From assembly GCF_006345805.1 (NCBI RefSeq), contig NC_043005.1, positions 42,842,001-42,906,000 on the forward strand: DNA of 64,000 bases. The letters run 5' to 3'. This document shows, piece after piece, positions 54,638 through 64,000 of the stretch. The stretch comes from Octopus sinensis (taxonomy: Eukaryota). Under the pieces are notes generated by a model. The model searched no databases. It saw only the letters and a list, made by a program, of their open reading frames with translations, and was not told where the DNA came from. Every line of letters begins with the position of its first letter. Positions within the stretch are counted from its first letter, which is position 1. The position numbers were made by a program, and so were the translations under genes.

Positions 54638-54712
54638 TCTCTGTTTCACCATTCCGCATCGCTTTACTGTCACATTCCAATATTTACCCTGACCGAATTC
54701 TATTCCCACCAT
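54638..54712 (-). CDS. Candidate first or early coding exon (MVGIEFGQGKYWNVTVKRCGMVKQR)
   Basis: ATG at 54712-54710, 25 open codons and a consensus donor AGA|gtaagt. Phase 0 fits the 49423 acceptor. Confidence 0.3.
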
Positions 54713-54933
54713 GTCGCACGAACAAGGTCTCGTTGTTTGTTTTGTTTATAAACTGTTGGTGATGGCAATATCGCTTTTGTAGAATCGCTAGAAAATCGAG
54801 CTAAATGCCTTTTGATATCTTATCACGGCTCCCTTACGTTCTGCGCTTCAATCCTGCAGAAGATGATTTCACACTTTATTCTTCGGGGGAATGATAAAAT
54901 AAGAACTAGTTATATACTGTGATTGGTTTAATT

Positions 54934-55282
54934 CAGTGGTTCTCAACCGGAGTCCATATGACCCCTGAAAATCCATATAAAATTTTTTGGGGTCTATGCA
55001 ACAACAGTAAATTGGAGATCCACAATAGTATTTTAAGGGCCCCTGAAAAAATTTTGCTTTATATGTATGTACTGGTACGCATTCCAGGAAACAGCTGGGT
55101 TTCTTTCTCTAACATTCTATATGGCTTAACCTTCAAAACTTAATGCATTGAAAACAAAATAGGAATTTTGAAAAAGGTTTCTTCCATAAAACTAGTTTTT
55201 AAACATTGAACGGTTATGGGAGTCAACCAGGACAAAATTCTAAACAAAGGGAAACGCACATAAAAATGGTTGCGAATCCCTG
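54934..55282. mobile_element. hAT-type MITE
   Basis: TIRs cagtggttctcaacc / ggttgcgaatccctg; 8-bp TSD gtttaatt / atttaatt. Confidence 0.75.
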
Positions 55283-56289
55283 ATTTAATTGACTATATAT
55301 GTACCACAAGTATTGGGGTTGTTATAAATTTATTTCGAATTTTTGGCACAAAGTCAACAATTGCATGGCGGGGTGATAAATCGATAACATCGACCCCTGT
55401 GTTTTAACTGATACTTATTTTATCGACCCTGGAAGGATGAAACCAAAAATCAATCTTGAATGAATTTGAACTCGGAAAGAAAAGGAGCACGAAACACTGC
55501 TAGCTCAATTTTTTTTATCTCCCTCTAATAATATAAAAGATATTTCGTATCCCTTAGGGAGATATTATCGTCATATGCAACCAAATGAGATTATGAAAAT
55601 TATGCAAGAGACTCATTCCCATTGCACTACTAGGACTCCTGTCGGTTGACTCGGCTTGAGGAATCCGTCTTACGATTCCTCTGCTGCAACATCCTAATCA
55701 CAGGTCGTCCTATCTGTACTGTGGCATCTCAATCCGAAAAATTAACGGCTCGACCTGGAGAGATTTCCTAATATACGAGCCATGCACTTTGTCGAGTAAT
55801 GTTACTCCTGAGATTCTTCGGAAGGCTACATTCCAGCCGCTTGTATTTGCGATCATTAGCCAATTGTTCGTGGACATAGGAGCAACTTATTCATTTTTGT
55901 TCATTTTCTTAACCGGGAAGGCTTGTATCTGTCACTGTAAGTTACTGAATAGCAGACGTTGATTTTCTAGTGCTCTCCTTGCTTAAAATGAGTTGTCTTT
56001 AAATTCTGCCCACGATGGCTATTTACATCCTGAGAACAAGTTCCAGTTAAGTAACAATAGCGATCTGATCGAGTACAATCCTTCCCACAAATATGTAGAG
56101 TTACAGCAATACTTTTACTGGTTTAAGTAAATGAAATGCGGCCATGCAACAACACTAAATTCAGAGGGTACTTATTTTATGGATTTCTATGCAACAAATC
56201 GTTAAGCTGCATTTTTGATATGAAAAGATGTAACCCGACACCGTGACTCGTAAAGGTAAACAAAAGCACCCAAACACTCAAATACACGC

Positions 56290-56358
<69 letters not shown>

Positions 56359-56360
56359 CA

Positions 56361-56392
<32 letters not shown>

Positions 56393-56469
56393 CATATATA
56401 TATATATACACATATATTTATATGTTTATATATATATATATACAAACACACACACACACACACACAAAT

Positions 56470-56537
<68 letters not shown>

Positions 56538-56983
56538 ATTTTCTGGCGACTAGAATTATATATATATATATAATATATATATATATATATGCATGCATAC
56601 ATATATATATATATATATATATACATATTATAGGCCTGTGAAGTTGCATAGGGCCGAATAAAACAGTTTTAAGTAATAATAATGCTATATATATATATAT
56701 ATATATATATATAAGTGAGTTTGGAGGTATATATTATCCGAGCAGATACCGTATTAGCTCTCGCTTAAGTTCCAATTAACTGCTAACCATAAAGATCAGT
56801 ATCTAATATCTGTGACTTGACTACATTTAGTTGTTAGTCAGTCTGTGAATTCTTCCGATGGGTAACCCCGTGTTCTGCTGCGCCGGAAACATGAGTAATA
56901 TGCTGTATATAACTATACAATAAATATTGTGAATGTACACCTCTCCATACTCTTTATAATTATTAATATATATATATATATAT

Positions 56984-57016
<33 letters not shown>

Positions 57017-57639
57017 ATATGTATATATATATGTATGTATATATGTATATATATATGTATGTATATATGTATATATGTATGTATGTATATATATATATGT
57101 ATATATGTATATATGTATATATATATATATATGAGTGTGTGCATGTGTGTATATATATATGTATATATATATATATGTGTGTGTGTATGTGTGTGTGTAT
57201 ATATATGTGTGTGTATGTATATATATATATGTGTGTGTTTGTATAGGATGATGGGGTTGCATTTGACAGTTTATATAAAATGACAATGTACAATATCTCA
57301 TCCAAAAATGAAAGTATTTTTTAAAAATCAGAAGACAGCATCTAGTTTATCGCAGGGAGATAGCACTTTACTCAAAGTAACCCCACTCAGCCTTCTCCAT
57401 GGCCTCAAGACGGCTCCAGAACATGATGCAAACGTTCATAACTGTGCCCTTGGGAAAGAGTTACCATGGGACAGGTAATTCTTTTCCCCTATACAGATGG
57501 CTTCCGGTTCTCCGTGTCTGCTTACATTTTCTCAACTGCAACTTTAATATCTAAGCACTGCAACACCGTTGACTGTTCACCAATACATTTGGCTGTTTCT
57601 GCTCGACCGGCGTGCAAAAGATTCTGTGAGCTCACCGCC

Positions 57640-57645
57640 TTAGTA

Positions 57646-57683
<38 letters not shown>

Positions 57684-57747
57684 GATAATGATAATAATAA
57701 TAATAATAATAATGATGATGACGATGATGATGATAATAATGATAATA

Positions 57748-57792
<45 letters not shown>

Positions 57793-57797
57793 TAATG

Positions 57798-57844
<47 letters not shown>

Positions 57845-57972
57845 GATGATGATGATAATAATAATAATAATAATGATGATGAAAATAATAACAATAATGA
57901 TAATAATAATGATAATGATAATAATAATGATGATGATAATAACAATGATGATGATAATAATAATAATAATAA

Positions 57973-58004
<32 letters not shown>

Positions 58005-58051
58005 TGAAAATAATAACAATAATGATAATAATAATAATAATGATAATAATA

Positions 58052-58086
<35 letters not shown>

Positions 58087-58175
58087 TAATGATGATAATA
58101 ATAATAATGATAATAATAATAATAATAAAATAATAATAATAATAATAATAATAAAATAATAATGATAATAATAGA
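57640..58175. repeat. About 530-bp (AAT/GAT)n trinucleotide array
   Basis: Directly visible; source of the poly-I and poly-Y ORFs. Confidence 0.95.
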
Positions 58176-58514
58176 CAGACAGACAGCATATGCTTTGAGA
58201 AAATATGTCGGATCAACTACAGATTGTCAAGCAAAACAGGATAGCGTGTTTATGTGAGGATTTGCATATACCCGAACGTGTTTTACTTTGCACTCTTACA
58301 GTGTTTTGCCTCTCAGAGCACTTACGTATATGTATACTTATTCAGCAAATTAATTTCTAATCCTAATCCATGCCTCAAGATGGATTAGTATTTTAAATCT
58401 GGTATAAAGGTCTACCTATAGTCATATACACTTATATACATAATTGCCAATATTGCAGAGTGTACATACATTCACATATGCACACAGATGTATATTATAT
58501 ATATATATATATTA

Positions 58515-58576
<62 letters not shown>

Positions 58577-58626
58577 TGCATGTATGTATATTAGTGTATA
58601 TATATATATATTATATATATATAATA

Positions 58627-58683
<57 letters not shown>

Positions 58684-58931
58684 CATAATGTAAGTATTAT
58701 GTATATATATGCATTATATATGCATTTATATATGCATCTATGCATGAAAAAATATATAAATATATCCTATCCTTTCTATCTATCTTTGTAAATGTATATG
58801 TACATGCATATATACATGAATGTGATATAATAATCATGTTTATATACATACATACATGCATACATACATACATACATACATACACACACACATATACATA
58901 CACACACACACAAATATATATATATATATAT

Positions 58932-58963
<32 letters not shown>

Positions 58964-60150
58964 ATATATATATCATCACTTACAAACACGAAGTTTTATA
59001 CAGATAGCAATAGAATATGCTGTCAGGAATAAGGAGAAAATCACTGCTTTTAGAAACGCTAATGCTTCTAATTTCGAGTTCCCCTAAGGTTTCAAAATAT
59101 AATTTTCATCGGCGTAATCTTATTGTTACTACTCGATGATATGTGGATTCTGAAGCCACAATTCTTCGTGCTTTCTGAGTCCACAATTCTTGCAACGCCA
59201 GTTGGTCAGTTGGTTTATGTCAAGTTTGTATTTTATGCAGGATCACCACAATATTGCGGTTTCGAGTGACATATATAGAGAGACACAAAACACTTTAATT
59301 TGCCAAATATTCACCGCAAACACACAGCTATATACAGAAATACGATGTACATACGTTAGACATGATTAGATATGATGATACCGACATATCTGTAGATCTA
59401 AAATATAAATTACAGTAATATCTATGTATTTAATTACACTTTTCACCACATAACAAATGAAGTAATCTATTATGTTTATGTAAACATATTTAATCTTTCT
59501 ATGATGAGTGGTTCCAGTTAACGAGACCACGTCATCAGCAAACAGTCTCGGCACTTTCAGCTTCATTTAGACAGTTGTTATACTATTCTGACGAATATAG
59601 CAGATCTGAAGATAAACGAAATACGGTTTGGCTGTGTAGATAGGACATATCTCACGCTCATCGCAACCACATTTGCTTTGAATTTAATCCGCGTACTTGC
59701 AGTGCCTTCCACTGTAGACTTGAGTCAACTCATATCCAGTGGATACAGTGTGGTGTAGAGAGAGAACAGATGGGTGCTCATCGGATGGTCTGGGCATATT
59801 TTCAGGCGGTAAACTTTATTCATTGGAAGCTTTAACTACGCCATTTGGAGCCAAGTATGTTTCAGTAGAGTTCACTCTAGTTCCGGATCAGGTCACTATT
59901 CTAATGACACCTCCAAATTTTGATTCCGTTTCTTTTTGTAATATATATATATATATATATATATATCAGTAAGGCGGTCTCTCCTCGTTTGTCGAGCGAA
60001 GCGCACTGACGCTGGAGGAGGCGTCTTCCTGGGGTTAAATAGCAGTATCGTCTGTTCTTGTAGATAATGTTGCGATAAACATTATTTCGCAGTATAATAA
60101 CTACTTTCGTCTCTAATAGAGATTTTTTTAATGAATTAGTTTGCTAATAA

Positions 60151-62470
<2,320 letters not shown>

Positions 62471-62887
62471 CCAACTTTGATCTTAGTATATATTTTAATT
62501 CATTTACACATCACTGTAAATATTTCCTCTCACTACTTTGAGCAATTACCTCACCTGTCCTGAATATAACAATCACTAATTACCTCCCCTTAGGTTTTTC
62601 TACTTGTTGATTCATTTCAGTCACAAACCCTCATACACAATATGGACTAAAATCTTCATAAGAAAATATGAAAGTACAATAATTTCAATGTCATGATTAG
62701 CGAAAGCAAAACCGGTCGACAAACAAAATACTCTTTGACTTTAAAAATATGTTTTAAATATATTAAAACTATGTAAACTGTGTGCATTTTACTTCTTTTA
62801 TTTTATATGTATATATATATATATATATATATTGCATTACAACTGATCACGTGGGGATAATCGAAATTCTCCTCCTCCCTTTTTTCT

Positions 62888-62921
<34 letters not shown>

Positions 62922-63839
62922 CATTCGGTATTTATTGCGGCCCTACAACTATACATATGGTAACAGTGGTATTTATTACACTACCAACAGCGGTATTTAG
63001 TGCATGAGGGAACCATGGATAATTATCTGTTTCATGATGTATTCTTGCACACTAGAAACCCTTAACAGTACAACAACGAAGTCTTTCGTAATTTGCTCAA
63101 CTGTCTAAAAATAGCAGCTCAATCTCTCTTACATTTACATCCTACCGTCATAAAAACTAGACATGTTGAACGATGTGGTATTGGGTTTTCTGCTCATAGA
63201 AAATAAAGTTGCTATGGTCATGATTGGAATGCTTTTTGCTTCCAGGCCTGATAGGTTAGAGCTTCGCTGGGGTTAAAAAAACAACAGTCACACCACCAAC
63301 AACACCGGGGAAAAAAGAAATTTGATTGGAATCGGCTACTGGTCGTTTATTCATGATCTTGCGTCTGTTGATATCACCTTTGTTAAGATCTGTACATACG
63401 GTAACTCTAGCACTCCTGAACACTGTTGTTATCGATATTGCTGCTATCACTGTTGTCGTCGTCGTCATCGATTTTGTTGGTGTTATAAGCCCTGTTATTT
63501 AATTCCAGATCTCAGACGACATAGAAGAACTGTTCCGTGTTCACATGTGATGTTTCTTCTAATCTAAAGTATTCATTTATTCATTCCTAATTTGCACGAT
63601 ACGGCTGCGTAGCTGATGTTATTCATTTTTAGTTTAGTTTCTCATAAGATTCCATCTAAATGTCACCATAAAGCACATAAAGACTGTCTGGACTGATGTG
63701 AAGCCTCTTACACCTTATTTATCTCTCATATAAACTCTATGAACACTGACTAGTAAATTGGCACTGGTTGTCAGAATCATTCTTATTTTGTTGTCAATAT
63801 AATGAATTTTCTCACTTGATCAATCAACTATCCCAAATG

Positions 63840-63878
63840 TTGATAATAATAATGATAATAATGATAATAATAATAATA

Positions 63879-63924
<46 letters not shown>

Positions 63925-63925
63925 G
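63840..63925. repeat. (AAT)n microsatellite
   Basis: Directly visible. Confidence 0.95.
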
Positions 63926-64000
63926 GCAAACAACAACAAAAGCACTGCTACAAAAAGGAATTGTGGGGGTATTGATTTGTGTTAGGATGAAAGTTACGAT

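Noticed and set aside
59085-59112. Minus-strand CCGATGAA...GAAAC
   Set aside because: AT-only helix II, and no cleavage triplet or helix I.
62843-62870. CTGATCAC...CGAAAT downstream of the PLE ORF
   Set aside because: Its position is suggestive, but at least three substitutions are needed to restore a core.
63322-63567. Cys-rich 81-aa plus-strand ORF
   Set aside because: The cysteines arise from TGT/TGC-type low-complexity repeats, and there is no splice or domain support.

Overview
AT-rich eukaryotic DNA packed with microsatellites ((TA)n, (GT)n, (TATG)n, (GATA)n, (AAT)n). Its four recurring tRNA-headed SINE families and overall repeat style best fit an octopus (coleoid cephalopod) genome; this is an inference from recognition, not a search. 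Almost all ORFs in the supplied track are microsatellite artefacts. Supported content: (1) dozens of SINE copies, including a head-to-tail array at 46.9-48.8 kb; (2) a decayed Penelope-like element (PLE; RT plus GIY-YIG) at 60.2-62.5 kb; (3) a decayed hATm-like DNA transposon with TIRs and an 8-bp TSD at 8.8-11.5 kb, two hAT MITEs, a Mutator-like foldback MITE with a 9-bp TSD, and an internally deleted L1/Tx1 LINE; (4) a phase-compatible chain of candidate minus-strand exons of an unidentified large gene that may span the window. The most notable signal is a set of type I hammerhead ribozyme motifs from several unrelated PLE-type families. Three sit as divergently oriented pairs inside inverted repeats: 806-bp arms at 11992-14149, a TSD-flanked 478-bp cassette at 21869-22346, and a spacerless 158-bp palindrome at 51668-51825. 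Any read-through RNA would carry the antisense copy first and the ribozyme second. Hammerheads and inverted pseudo-LTRs are known PLE features; the specific core variants and the self-masking idea are untested inferences. SINE boundaries are approximate.
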